Shown here one piece after another: positions 1-8,430 of a DNA stretch of 64,000 nucleotides. Below the pieces are notes generated by a model that saw nothing but the letters and a program-made list of their open reading frames with translations, was not told where the DNA came from and made no database searches. Within the stretch, counting starts at the first letter, position 1; each line of letters starts with the position of its first letter. Source of the DNA: an uncultured Thermoleophilaceae bacterium (GTDB lineage Bacteria; Actinomycetota; Thermoleophilia; Solirubrobacterales; JACPNS01); assembly GCA_964597975.1 (NCBI GenBank), contig CAZRAA010000003.1, positions 185 to 64,184 of the forward strand, written 5' to 3'. The translations under genes and the position numbers were made by a program.

Positions 1-380
1 CCTTCGCGCGCTCGTCCCGCGTTCTGAAGAACGCCAAGCTGCTCGGCGGCGACGAAGTCTCAACCAAGTCCGGCCTGATGTTGGGCCTTGGCGAGAGTAA
101 AGAAGAAGTGATCGAGACGTTCAAGCTCCTGCGCGAGAACCTCGTACAGGTGCTCACAGTCGGCCAGTACCTGCGCCCCACGCGCAATCACCTGCCAGTT
201 GTGCGCTACTGGCATCCGGACGAGTTCAAGGAACTCGAAACCGCCGCCTACGAACTTGGCTTCGAGTCGGTCGCCGCCGGCCCGCTTGTGCGCAGCAGCT
301 ACCACGCCGACGAGCACGCGCCAAAGGCACTGCGCGAGAAGCGCCAGAACCGACTGGCCGATCGGGCCCTCGCCGGCTAG
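1..380 (+). CDS. lipA: Lipoyl synthase, C-terminal part (5' end outside window; reading frame starts at base 3)
   Basis: Translation ...[86 protein letters not shown] matches the conserved LipA C-terminus (GQYL.P...HLPV.RY..P.EF; [10 protein letters not shown]). Confidence 0.85.
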   Translation, partial: FARSSRVLKNAKLLGGDEVSTKSGLMLGLGESKEEVIETFKLLRENLVQVLTVGQYLRPTRNHLPVVRYWHPDEFKELETAAYELGFESVAAGPLVRSSYHADEHAPKALREKRQNRLADRALAG

Positions 381-958
381 TCGAGATAGCTGACGAAGTC
401 TTCGGTGCCGGCGCGCTGACCAGGCTTGGGCAACACTGTCCCGGGCTTCCCCAGGTAGACGAGGCCCAGTGGCTCCTCGCCGGCGTCAATCCCGAGCGCT
501 GCAGCCCCGTCAGCCGATTGCAGCACACCCGGCGAGCGCCAGAAGCTTGCGTATCCGCGTTCTGTTGCCGCGAGCAAGAGGATGTACGTTGCGACCGAGC
601 TGCTTGAGAAGTCCTCGGTGTCGAGCTTGGGGTCGGGGTTTCGCACGCTCGTCACGGCGATCAGGGTCGGTGCTCGTTCGAGCTTTCTCACCGCGACCTC
701 CGCGATCGTCTCCGCGTCAGCACCCTCGGGTGCCGACTCGCGGGCCTGACGCTCGACGACCGCGCGCAATCGCGCCATCGCGTCCGGGCCGACAACGCGA
801 AACCGCCAGGGCTGAGTCAGCTTGTGGTTGGGTGCCCAGCGCGCCAGCTCGAAAAGCTCTTCGAGCTCCTCGCGCGTCAGCGGCGCGCCTGAGAACGATT
901 TCCAGGTTCGGCGTCCGCGGATTGCTTCGGTCACTTCCATGCGCGGCAGATTAATCAC
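377..958 (-). CDS. Nitroreductase family protein (GTG at 958; ATG at 940 giving [11 protein letters not shown]... is an equally plausible start)
   Basis: N-terminus [43 protein letters not shown] is the classic nitroreductase signature. The 4-nt overlap with the lipA stop is convergent. Confidence 0.8.
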   Translation of the reverse strand: MINLPRMEVTEAIRGRRTWKSFSGAPLTREELEELFELARWAPNHKLTQPWRFRVVGPDAMARLRAVVERQARESAPEGADAETIAEVAVRKLERAPTLIAVTSVRNPDPKLDTEDFSSSSVATYILLLAATERGYASFWRSPGVLQSADGAAALGIDAGEEPLGLVYLGKPGTVLPKPGQRAGTEDFVSYLD

Positions 959-1090
959 AAAGGCCCGGCTCGCATCATGCGATCCGGGCCTGAGTCGCGT
1001 TTTACCGCGTGTGACCTGTCCCTTCGTTGAACCCCCCAGGACAAGCTTTTCGCTCGGCGGAGGGTGGGGGGTTCTGACTGCCCGGAAGAG

Positions 1091-1735
1091 TTAAGGGTTT
1101 GCGACCTCTTGCGTGTCGCGAGCTGCCCGCCCCTTGCGAAAGACGTGCTCACACGAGCCGCCGCTGTCGGTGCTGGTGGCATCGAGGATCACGTCCTTCC
1201 AGTCGAGCACAGCAGTGTCCTCGCCGGGGCCGCAGTCGATCACATCGCGCTCGCCGTCCCGCGTGCGAAATGTGTCGTCGCCATCTCCACCATGCAGCGT
1301 GTCGCCGCGGTGGTCGTGTCTGCTGTGAACGTCGCCGCGCGCCAGGGCCCAGAGCGTGTCGTTTCCTTCGTCGCCCCAGGATTCATCGCGCCCGCGGTTG
1401 GCGTAGATCGTGTCGTTGCCTGCCCCGCCACGCTGGACGTCGTCGCCGAACCCGCCGTGGAGCAGGTCGTCGTCGGCGCCGCCGCTCACTGAGTCAGGTC
1501 CGCGACCGGCAAATACCCGGTCGGCACCGTCGCCGGCATCGACCGTGTCCGCGCCACGTTTGGCGTTGATCTTGTCATCGCCGCCGTTGCCGTTGATCGT
1601 GTCGGCCGAGTTCGTGCCCTTCAGAAAGTGGCCGATGTCGTCGTCGACGATCGTGGCGGCGGTCGCGGCCGCCGCGAAGGCAAGCATCGCGACAATCGCG
1701 GTCAGAGCTGTGGTTAGTGTCTTTCGCATCATCAT
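1091..1735 (-). CDS. Secreted calcium-binding protein with hemolysin-type (RTX-like) GGxGxD repeats
   Basis: Signal peptide MMMRKTLTTALTAIVAMLAFAAAATAA, then repeated G.G.D motifs (GNGGDDKINA, GDGADRVFAG, GGADDDLLHGGFGDDVQRGGAGNDTIYA, GGDGDDTF). Confidence 0.75.
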   Translation of the reverse strand: MMMRKTLTTALTAIVAMLAFAAAATAATIVDDDIGHFLKGTNSADTINGNGGDDKINAKRGADTVDAGDGADRVFAGRGPDSVSGGADDDLLHGGFGDDVQRGGAGNDTIYANRGRDESWGDEGNDTLWALARGDVHSRHDHRGDTLHGGDGDDTFRTRDGERDVIDCGPGEDTAVLDWKDVILDATSTDSGGSCEHVFRKGRAARDTQEVANP

Positions 1736-1803
1736 TGAACGACCCCCCTGTCGTTCGGGGTTGATGCTGCAATAACCATCCGCACTCTCGCGAGTTGCGG
1801 TGA

Positions 1804-2184
1804 TCAGACTTTGGTCAGTCGCAAAATCTGATCGAGGTCGCTTCGTCGCGGCTCGAAGTGATGGAACTCGCGCAACACCGTGCCGGCGGGGTCGACCACG
1901 GCGATCCGCGGAGTGCTCTTGATTTTGTAGCGCGCGGCGGCATCGGGACGCTTCGAGATGTCGATCGCCGAGGTGCTGACTTCGTCACGTTCCAGCGCCG
2001 CCAGCCATTGGCTGCAACCGTGGCAGTAGGGGCTAGTGAAGACGACGACACGAGCGCCTTGCTCGAGATCCGCCGGGTCAATGTTTTCGAGGTGATGCCG
2101 CTTGCGCAGCCAAGCGTTGGCGGCCGCGCCGACCAGCGCGGCGACCGCGACGATGATCGCGAGTACAAGCAGGCGCTCGGACAT
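1804..2184 (-). CDS. Membrane-anchored thioredoxin-like protein (CxxC)
   Basis: N-terminal TM helix (LLVLAIIVAVAALVGAAANAW). Active-site-like YCHGCSQW preceded by VVVFTSP. Thioredoxin-fold spacing with TPRIAVVD (cis-Pro region). Confidence 0.7.
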   Translation of the reverse strand: MSERLLVLAIIVAVAALVGAAANAWLRKRHHLENIDPADLEQGARVVVFTSPYCHGCSQWLAALERDEVSTSAIDISKRPDAAARYKIKSTPRIAVVDPAGTVLREFHHFEPRRSDLDQILRLTKV

Positions 2185-2190
2185 CGATCC

Positions 2191-2667
2191 TCAGTGCGCG
2201 AGCGCGATGCCGCGCGCGCGAGCCCAGGCGGCGTACATCTCGCAGCCGACGCAGATCCCGCTGATCGCAGCGAGCGATGCCAGCGCGGTGACCATCAACG
2301 TGACCGTCCAGCCGGCCGTCGCGAATCCGAGCAGAAAAAGCAATGAAGCGGCACTCATGAAAACGGCCCCGAGGATGTTGGCAAAGCGCGGGACGCGCGA
2401 GTCTTCGATGCGGCCTTCGCCGATGCGCGGCTGCAGCACTTCAAACCAGAAGACGCACGGTAGGCACCACCGACGCCCTAGCGAGAGGCCGATGATCAAT
2501 TGGAGGGCCATCAGCGCGACTAGCCATGGGGCATTGAAGACCCATGCGGTCGCGGTCACGATGGCGACGGTCGCCTGCAGTGTGCGCGGGGCACGTGCAT
2601 CGACGACATCGGTGTCCTCGTAGGGATCGACCGATGCGGAGTAGCGCTTCTCAAAATACTGGACCAT
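2191..2667 (-). CDS. DUF4395-like integral membrane protein with conserved Cys pairs (ATG at 2667; the ORF extends to a TTG at 2706)
   Basis: Several TM helices plus the motifs RRWCLPCVFWF and GICVGCEMY, as I recall for DUF4395. Lies 6 nt upstream of the thioredoxin-like gene on the same strand. Confidence 0.6.
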   Translation of the reverse strand: MVQYFEKRYSASVDPYEDTDVVDARAPRTLQATVAIVTATAWVFNAPWLVALMALQLIIGLSLGRRWCLPCVFWFEVLQPRIGEGRIEDSRVPRFANILGAVFMSAASLLFLLGFATAGWTVTLMVTALASLAAISGICVGCEMYAAWARARGIALAH

Positions 2668-2721
2668 TCGTATCCATTTTACACCGACTCGGCACCGCCG
2701 CGCCAAAGATAAGCTGGCGCC

Positions 2722-3069
2722 GTGGAGAATCCTTCAGATCAGGCGCGCGAGAGCGAGGAGGCAGACCGCGTCGCCGACCGGGAACCGACCGTCATCGAGT
2801 TGATGAACGGTCCCAAGCGTCCAACCGAACGGCGGCGCAAGACGGTGCTCTGGATCGCCCTGGCATTCGCGACGGCGATGCTTGCAATGACATTCGCCGT
2901 GATCGCCCTCTACGGGCTTGACTTCTTGACGCTCACCACGGCGGCCGTGCTGGTCGTCGTCGTGGCCGCGATGGCGGGGGCACTCCGCTACAAAGGCGAG
3001 GATCCGATGGCCCAGTTCGAGCCGCACGATGACCTGCGGCCGCGGCCTTTCAAACGACGGCGCAGATAG
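2722..3069 (+). CDS. Hypothetical membrane protein (two predicted TM helices, basic C-terminus)
   Basis: ORF with TM-like segments VLWIALAFATAMLAMTFAVIALYGL and LTTAAVLVVVVAAMAGAL. No recognisable family. Confidence 0.45.
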   Translation: MENPSDQARESEEADRVADREPTVIELMNGPKRPTERRRKTVLWIALAFATAMLAMTFAVIALYGLDFLTLTTAAVLVVVVAAMAGALRYKGEDPMAQFEPHDDLRPRPFKRRRR

Positions 3070-3082
3070 TTAGTATCGCCGC

Positions 3083-3541
3083 ATGACCGCATATGAGCTG
3101 CTCGTCGCTGGGCACGTGGCAGGCGCTATCTGCTGGGTTGGCAGCGACACCTACCTGCAGATATCGAGCCACCGAATCCTCGCCCGCAAAAACGGAGACG
3201 AAATTGGTGGTTTCGTTTCCGACCTTGTATTTCTCGGCCCTCGCTGGCTGATTCCGGTCAGTCTGCTGACGGTCATCTTCGGCGTTGGCGCAGTACTCGA
3301 CGGTCCGTGGAGCTTCGGCGATCCCTGGGTGTCGGCAGGCATGACGATGTTCGTCATCTCATTCCTGATCGGGCTGCTTTATCTGACGCCGGGTCTCGAG
3401 AAGCTTGACGGGATCGGCGAGCAAGAGGGCACCGCTTCGGCCGCCTTCGCGACCCAGCTCGGCAAGATTCTCTTCGCCAGTCGCATCGAACTGGTGCTGC
3501 TTTGGGCGACCGTCCTCGTGATGGTTCTAAAGCCCGGGTAA
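3083..3541 (+). CDS. Small integral membrane protein (DUF2269-like, four TM helices)
   Basis: 152 aa and hydrophobic throughout; the family assignment is from memory only. Confidence 0.55.
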   Translation: MTAYELLVAGHVAGAICWVGSDTYLQISSHRILARKNGDEIGGFVSDLVFLGPRWLIPVSLLTVIFGVGAVLDGPWSFGDPWVSAGMTMFVISFLIGLLYLTPGLEKLDGIGEQEGTASAAFATQLGKILFASRIELVLLWATVLVMVLKPG

Positions 3542-3572
3542 GCGAATCGCAACATCCGCCAGAATTGCAGCG

Positions 3573-4334
3573 ATGCCACAGTTCATCGCCGCATTCGCAT
3601 TGGTCATCTCGCTGGCTCTTGCCACGAGCAGCCAGTCAGCGCAGACCTCCGCTGCCGGAGAGCCTCTCGCAGCACTCGACGGCGCGACGATCGCGGTCGA
3701 TCCGGGTCACAACGGTGGCAACGCTTCCCATCTCGCCCAGATCAATCGGCTTGTACCTGCCGGTGGCTTTCGCAAAGAATGCGACACGACCGGTACCGCG
3801 ACAGCCGATCAGCGCTTGACCGAACCCGCCTTCACCTGGGACCTCGCCAAGCGGCTGAAGCGACTGCTCGAGCAGAAGGGGGCAAAGGTCGTGCTCACTC
3901 GGAAGAACAACTCCGGGGTTGGTCCCTGCATCAACGAGCGGGCGCGCATCGGAAACCACGCCGGCGCTGATGTCGCAATCTCGATTCACGGCGATGGCAA
4001 CGGCGCGACCGGGCGCGGCTTCCACGTGATCCGGCCCGGACTCGTTCGCGGCTACACCGATCCGATCGTGCGACCGTCACTCGCACTGGCGCTCGATCTG
4101 CGGGCCGCGCTCGATCAGGCCGGGCTCGCGCGATCGAATTACCGAGGGCGCGCCGGCCTTGATCGCCGTACGGACCTGGGTGGCCTCAATCTCTCGAAGG
4201 TTCCCAAGGTCCTGGTTGAGCTGGGAAACATGGAGAACGCCGCAGATGGGCGGCGAATGAAGCGGGCCAAGTGGCGTCAGCATGTCGCTCGCGCGCTGAG
4301 GTCGGGTCTCGCCGAGTACTTGGCCCAGCGGTAA
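3573..4334 (+). CDS. N-acetylmuramoyl-L-alanine amidase (Amidase_3 type), secreted
   Basis: Signal peptide. Zn-ligand context IAVDPGHNGGN ... DVAISIHGDG ... VLVELGNMEN is typical of AmiA/CwlM-type amidases. Confidence 0.85.
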   Translation: MPQFIAAFALVISLALATSSQSAQTSAAGEPLAALDGATIAVDPGHNGGNASHLAQINRLVPAGGFRKECDTTGTATADQRLTEPAFTWDLAKRLKRLLEQKGAKVVLTRKNNSGVGPCINERARIGNHAGADVAISIHGDGNGATGRGFHVIRPGLVRGYTDPIVRPSLALALDLRAALDQAGLARSNYRGRAGLDRRTDLGGLNLSKVPKVLVELGNMENAADGRRMKRAKWRQHVARALRSGLAEYLAQR

Positions 4335-4350
4335 ACCGGTCCAAGAAATG

Positions 4351-4381
4351 AAAAAGGCGGCGCTCCAGTTGGAACGCCGCC
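4351..4381 (-). terminator. Rho-independent terminator for cspA (possibly bidirectional, also after the amidase gene)
   Basis: GGCGGCG (4356-4362) pairs with CGCCGCC (4375-4381). On the minus strand the stem is followed by TTTTT (complement of aaaaa, 4351-4355). Confidence 0.7.
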
Positions 4382-4414
4382 TGATTCGCGACAGAATCTG
4401 TCTGTCGTCGAAAC

Positions 4415-4618
4415 CTAGATCTTCTTGATTCCGACAGCCTTGGGACCCTTGTCCCCGGGCTCAACCTCGAACTCCACGCGGTCACCCTCGCCGAGTGAGC
4501 GGAAGCCATCCGCGAGGATCTCCGTGTGGTGGGCGAAGACGTCCTTGGAACCGTCTTCCGGCGCGATGAAGCCGAAGCCCTTGTCGTCGTTGAACCACTT
4601 GACTGTGCCAGTGGGCAT
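4415..4618 (-). CDS. cspA: Cold-shock protein CspA family (67 aa)
   Basis: [34 protein letters not shown]... contains the RNP1 (KGFGFI) and RNP2 (VFAHH) motifs. AGGAG sits 6 nt upstream of the ATG at 4618. The 168-aa ORF in the track is an upstream extension. 4619-4811 is probably a long csp 5' UTR plus a divergent promoter region. Confidence 0.95.
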   Translation of the reverse strand: MPTGTVKWFNDDKGFGFIAPEDGSKDVFAHHTEILADGFRSLGEGDRVEFEVEPGDKGPKAVGIKKI

Positions 4619-4811
4619 TGATTTCTCCTGTGTCTTGCTTACGTCGCGAACCTGGAAATCGATACGAACCCCCGGCCAGAAGCGACTGTCTTGAATCGAC
4701 GCGACGGCCTGAACCGTTTGCGCCTTCTGCCAAAGGTAGTAGGGATCGCGGCCGACTCGTGAAATCAATGTTTTCTGCGCAAACGTACTGCTTGGTACAT
4801 AGACTGAACTC

Positions 4812-5477
4812 ATGCCCAAGAGTCCGGTGAAGAAACCCGCAGCCAAGACGTTTGAGCGACTGCCTCGCGGTCGACACAATCTCACCCGCGAAGAAGTTGA
4901 GTCGTCGCAGCGCGAGCGCATGATGCGAGCGATGTCCGAGGCGGTGGGCGAGCTTGGCTACAACAAGGCGACCGTCGCGGAGGTGCTCAAGCGCGCCGGC
5001 GTCTCGCGCGAGACCTTCTACGCGCAATTCACCGACAAGCACGACTGCTTTATGGCTTCGTTTGAGCAGGCGGCCGATGAGATGGTGCGACGCATCACCT
5101 CAGCGGTCGAGCAGGTTGAATCGACGGGCGGGTCTCGGGAAGAACAGATTTCGATGATCCTGGCGAGCTTCCTCGGGCTCGTGGCCGACGAGCCGGCGAT
5201 CGCGCGCACCTTCTACGTCGAGGTCTACGCCGCCGGACAAGACGCGATCGAGCACCGCGTCGAGATCCAGATGCGAACGGTTGAGCTGATCATGGGGCTG
5301 CTCGAAGTGCGACCGCAAGATCGCTTCGCGATCCAGGCGACGCTGGCGGCGATCGGCGCGATCATCACCCAGGTCGTGAGCTTGGGTCAGGCGGAGAACG
5401 CCTTACACCTTCAGCCAGAGCTGCTGAAGTTCGTTCTCGCCGCCCTGCGCGGGATCGATTCCGACCTCGTGGGTTGA
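4812..5477 (+). CDS. TetR family transcriptional regulator
   Basis: N-terminal [50 protein letters not shown] is the TetR_N signature. Confidence 0.85.
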   Translation: MPKSPVKKPAAKTFERLPRGRHNLTREEVESSQRERMMRAMSEAVGELGYNKATVAEVLKRAGVSRETFYAQFTDKHDCFMASFEQAADEMVRRITSAVEQVESTGGSREEQISMILASFLGLVADEPAIARTFYVEVYAAGQDAIEHRVEIQMRTVELIMGLLEVRPQDRFAIQATLAAIGAIITQVVSLGQAENALHLQPELLKFVLAALRGIDSDLVG

Positions 5478-5550
5478 TGGAGCCAGACGGGTTCGAACCG
5501 ACGACCTCCTGCTTGCAAAGCAGGCGCTCTACCAACTGAGCTATGGCCCC
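5478..5550 (-). tRNA. tRNA-Ala (anticodon TGC)
   Basis: Reverse complement GGGGCCATAGCTCAGTTGGTAGAGCGCCTGCTTTGCAAGCAGGAGGTCGTCGGTTCGAACCCGTCTGGCTCCA. Cloverleaf with G3:U70, anticodon loop TTTGCAA, T-loop GGTTCGAA. CCA is not encoded. Confidence 0.95.
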
Positions 5551-5614
5551 TTGCAGACGTTGAGTCTAGATCGGCGCGATCCGGACGCGTGGTCGCCGCG
5601 CGTAACATCGGCGA

Positions 5615-5932
5615 ATGGATCCAGAACAGGCCGAGATCGAAGCCGTCGTTGAGGAGCTGAGCAAGGAAGCGGGATTCGACGCCGTGGAGGAGCGCCTCGC
5701 GCAGATTGCGCCGCAGCTGCAGAATCTGCTCGACGACGCGCTGCGCGCCGGGGGATGGTTTGACGACGCGCACGAGTCGATGGTCTTGAAGACTGCGACG
5801 CTGCCGGACCCGGATCAGCGGATCACCGACCTGCGCAATTTCGTGCTTGAGCAGACCCGTCTTGGAATGCTCGTCGGAGTAGCTGTCGGATGGGAAATGG
5901 CGGAGCGCCTGGAGTCCAGGCGCTCCAGTTGA
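5615..5932 (+). CDS. Hypothetical acidic protein
   Basis: ORF with coding-like composition; no recognisable motif. Confidence 0.4.
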   Translation: MDPEQAEIEAVVEELSKEAGFDAVEERLAQIAPQLQNLLDDALRAGGWFDDAHESMVLKTATLPDPDQRITDLRNFVLEQTRLGMLVGVAVGWEMAERLESRRSS

Positions 5933-5957
5933 TGAGCGAGTCGCGGAGGCGTTCTGT

Positions 5958-6104
5958 CTAGCTGTGAATCCAGTCGGCGCGGTCTTTCCAGTCATGCGCC
6001 ATCAAGAGACCGCCGGCGACGGCGAGCACAATGCCCGTCAGGCCGTGGTGAAGGCGCCAGCCTGCCACCCAAACCCGCTGCTGCTGTCTGTCCCACTTGA
6101 TCAT
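5958..6104 (-). CDS. Small (48 aa) single-TM protein, below the ORF-track size cutoff
   Basis: I translated MIKWDRQQQRVWVAGWRLHHGLTGIVLAVAGGLLMAHDWKDRADWIHS. A strong SD AGGAGGA lies 8 nt upstream of the ATG (6102-6104), and there is one central TM helix. Confidence 0.5.
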   Translation of the reverse strand: MIKWDRQQQRVWVAGWRLHHGLTGIVLAVAGGLLMAHDWKDRADWIHS

Positions 6105-6198
6105 GTCCCCATCCTCCTGATGCCCTGCGTCCATTCCGGTTCTGCCCGGACGCGAAGCCTGTGATGATGCCTATGTATCGGCATCCGAAACGCATTCG

Positions 6199-6699
6199 AT
6201 GAGTACTTCACAAGCCCACAAAAAGTGTTTTGCAGCGCTCGCCGTGGCGCTCGTCCTGGCGCTGTCTGGCTGCGGCAGCAATGCAGCCGAACCGAGCCAG
6301 GCGGGCGGCGCAGGAGACCTCTCCGGGGCGCTCTCGCCAACAGAGCGTGCCGCCGAGACGCCGCCGGTCAGGCCCGGCGATGACGAGCCGACACCAGCGC
6401 CGGAATCGACCGACTTCGCGCCGGTCGATATCGACCTCACCGACGGATCTTTCGCCAAAGGCACTCCGAAGACGATTCACGTGCCGTCAGATTTCATCGT
6501 GATCGTCACGGCGCGAGCCGATTCAAACGGTCCCTACCGGCTCAGCGTGCTCTCGCCGTCCGTCGCTCAGACTTTCAAAGTCCCAGCCGGAGGGGGGAAG
6601 AAGATCACTCTCGATTCGATGCGTGAGGGTCAGTCGGCAAAGCTGATGATCGGCAAATCGACCGTCAGAGTCGCCGCCGATGCAGAACCTGGCCCCTGA
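6199..6699 (+). CDS. Hypothetical lipoprotein
   Basis: Lipobox ALVLALSGCGS after a basic n-region; the rest has beta-rich character with no known motif. Confidence 0.6.
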   Translation: MSTSQAHKKCFAALAVALVLALSGCGSNAAEPSQAGGAGDLSGALSPTERAAETPPVRPGDDEPTPAPESTDFAPVDIDLTDGSFAKGTPKTIHVPSDFIVIVTARADSNGPYRLSVLSPSVAQTFKVPAGGGKKITLDSMREGQSAKLMIGKSTVRVAADAEPGP

Positions 6700-6720
6700 T
6701 CGGCGAGGCGCAGCTGCCGA

Positions 6721-8199
6721 CTAGGGAGTCGGGCCGCCGGTCGCGCCGCCGCCCGTTGACGGGCCGGGCGAGACCATGCTCCCGGTCTGACCAATATTCC
6801 CGCTGGCTGGCGGTGTCGGCTGAGTGATCGACTCGCCGGGGAGTCCTGGGGTTTCGCGGTCATGCGAAACCGGCGCTTCGGTTGCGGGACGCTCAGTCTC
6901 GTAGACAGTCGTGCTGTCCTTCTCAACCACCGGCTTGCTCGGCGCGGCGGGCGGCTGCTCGACCGCGACGGGCGTTGTCGCCGGTGCGGCGGTCTCACCG
7001 GATCCGGTCGCGCCGGTGCTCTCAGTTGCGCCGGCGCTGGCGGCCTTCGACTCGGATGCGAGAGCGGCGGGGGCTCCGCCGCTGGCTGCGGCGGCGGCGG
7101 CCGGAGGCGCAACGCGAGAGACGACGGGCTTCTGGTTGATGTTTGCGGTGGAGATGTCGTGGCGCGCCACCTGCGCGACGCCGCCGGTGACGATTGCTGC
7201 GGCGACAAGGCCCGTGCCGACCTTCGCGGCGACTGCGCCTATGCCGGCTGCGGCGACGCCGGAACTGGCGGCACCGGCCGTGGCGACTGACGCTGCGGCG
7301 GAACCAGCGGCTGCGGTGCCGCCAGCACCAGAACCTGCGACAGCGGCTGCCGAGCCGCCCGCCGAACTGGCTGCTGCGCCGCCGAAGAACTTGAGTCCGA
7401 CAAATGCCTTCAATGCCGCGAAGGCGCCGACCGGTGCGATCATCGCGAGGCGGCGGTTGGTGTTGGTGAGTTCCTTTTTGAAGGTGCGACAACGCTCGCA
7501 ATCGGCGACGTGCTTGCGCGCCGGCGGCGTGATCTTCTGTAGACCTTCGGCGACTGCCCCGAGCTCGAGGCGGACCTCTTCGCACGAGAGGCGGCGCGAC
7601 TCGGCGGCCTCGGCCAGCGAGACACGAGCGCGCACGAGCAACGACTTGACGCTCGGGATCGTCGTGTCCATCGTCTCGGCGATCTGGTCGTAAGAAAGGT
7701 CACCCATCTCGCGCAGCATCAATGCGGTGCGCTGAGTTTCGGGGAGGCGCTTGACGTCCTCCACGAGATCCTCGAGGTCGAGCTTGTCGTGGACGCGGTC
7801 TGCCGTGGCGACCGACGCCCCGCCTTCAAAGATGTCCATCGAGTCGACGCCGGTCGGGCGCGGGCGGCGAAGGTGGTTCAAAGAGCGGTTGCGGGCGATG
7901 CGGTAGAGCCACGGGCGAACGTTCAGTTCGCGGTCGTCGGCGAGCATCGCGCGGTAGGCCGAAACGAAGACTTCCTGGAGAATGTCCTCGGCGTCTTCCG
8001 TCGAGCCGACCATGTGGCGGCAGAAGGCGAGGAGGCGCGTGCGGTAGCGCGCGATCAGCGTCTCAAATGCGGCATCGTTGCCGCGTCGAGTGAGCGATAC
8101 GAGGCGTTCGTCAGACTGCAGGCGAAGGAACCGCGCGCGCGGATCTTGCAGCAATGCTGCCGAGGACGAGCCGGATTCACTTAGAACGGAAGCTTCCAT
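6721..8199 (-). CDS. ECF (sigma-70 family) sigma factor fused to a zf-HC2 anti-sigma-like domain, an Ala/Gly-rich TM segment and a Pro/Ala-rich extracytoplasmic tail
   Basis: Region 2 (DAEDILQEVFVSAYRAM...RPWLYRIARNRSLNHLRR) and region 4 (LPETQRTALMLREMGDLSYDQIAETMDTTIPSVKSLLVRAR). Then C-x(27)-H-x3-C-x2-C (SCEEVRLELG...HVADCERCRTF), a hydrophobic stretch, and a low-complexity tail. Confidence 0.8.
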   Translation of the reverse strand: MEASVLSESGSSSAALLQDPRARFLRLQSDERLVSLTRRGNDAAFETLIARYRTRLLAFCRHMVGSTEDAEDILQEVFVSAYRAMLADDRELNVRPWLYRIARNRSLNHLRRPRPTGVDSMDIFEGGASVATADRVHDKLDLEDLVEDVKRLPETQRTALMLREMGDLSYDQIAETMDTTIPSVKSLLVRARVSLAEAAESRRLSCEEVRLELGAVAEGLQKITPPARKHVADCERCRTFKKELTNTNRRLAMIAPVGAFAALKAFVGLKFFGGAAASSAGGSAAAVAGSGAGGTAAAGSAAASVATAGAASSGVAAAGIGAVAAKVGTGLVAAAIVTGGVAQVARHDISTANINQKPVVSRVAPPAAAAAASGGAPAALASESKAASAGATESTGATGSGETAAPATTPVAVEQPPAAPSKPVVEKDSTTVYETERPATEAPVSHDRETPGLPGESITQPTPPASGNIGQTGSMVSPGPSTGGGATGGPTP

Positions 8200-8338
8200 G
8201 TATTTACTATCGACAGAAACCCGCTATCCGTAACAGAGTTGCGGTTTTGACCATCAGAACTCACACTACGCCAAATCTCCGATTAACAATCGAATTGACG
8301 TGACTTCGCGGTTATTTGCGGGCACGTAGAGCCTCCCT

Positions 8339-8422
8339 GCCCGGGTGGCGGAATCGGTAGACGCGGCTGACTTAAAATCGGCTGCCCGAAAGGGCTTGTG
8401 GGTTCAAGTCCCACCCCGGGCA
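8339..8422 (+). tRNA. tRNA-Leu (anticodon TAA), long variable arm
   Basis: GCCCGGGTGGCGGAATCGGTAGACGCGGCTGACTTAAAATCGGCTGCCCGAAAGGGCTTGTGGGTTCAAGTCCCACCCCGGGCA. Acceptor GCCCGGG/CCCGGGC, anticodon loop CTTAAAA, variable arm GCCC-GAAA-GGGC. Confidence 0.95.
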
Positions 8423-8430
8423 CTCCCCAG

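Noticed and set aside
4619-4921. 168-aa version of the cold-shock ORF
   Set aside because: The Csp domain begins at MPTGTVKWF, with an AGGAG SD directly upstream of ATG 4618. The extension has no Csp precedent and more likely corresponds to the long structured 5' UTR typical of csp genes.
6630-7693. Overlapping alternate-frame ORFs over the sigma-factor tail (6630-7208 minus 192 aa, 6911-7693 plus 260 aa, 7022-7585 minus 187 aa)
   Set aside because: The low-complexity GC-rich (Ala/Pro/Gly codon) DNA is open in several frames. Only the 492-aa frame connects to genuine sigma-70 regions 2 and 4 and the zf-HC2 motif.
8398-8430. N-terminal extension of the DUF2207-like ORF (track start 8398)
   Set aside because: It overlaps the 3' part of tRNA-Leu (8339-8422). 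The ATG at 8431 gives a normal N-terminal TM/signal sequence (MTTLKRILCVLGALAMIAAGVVVF).
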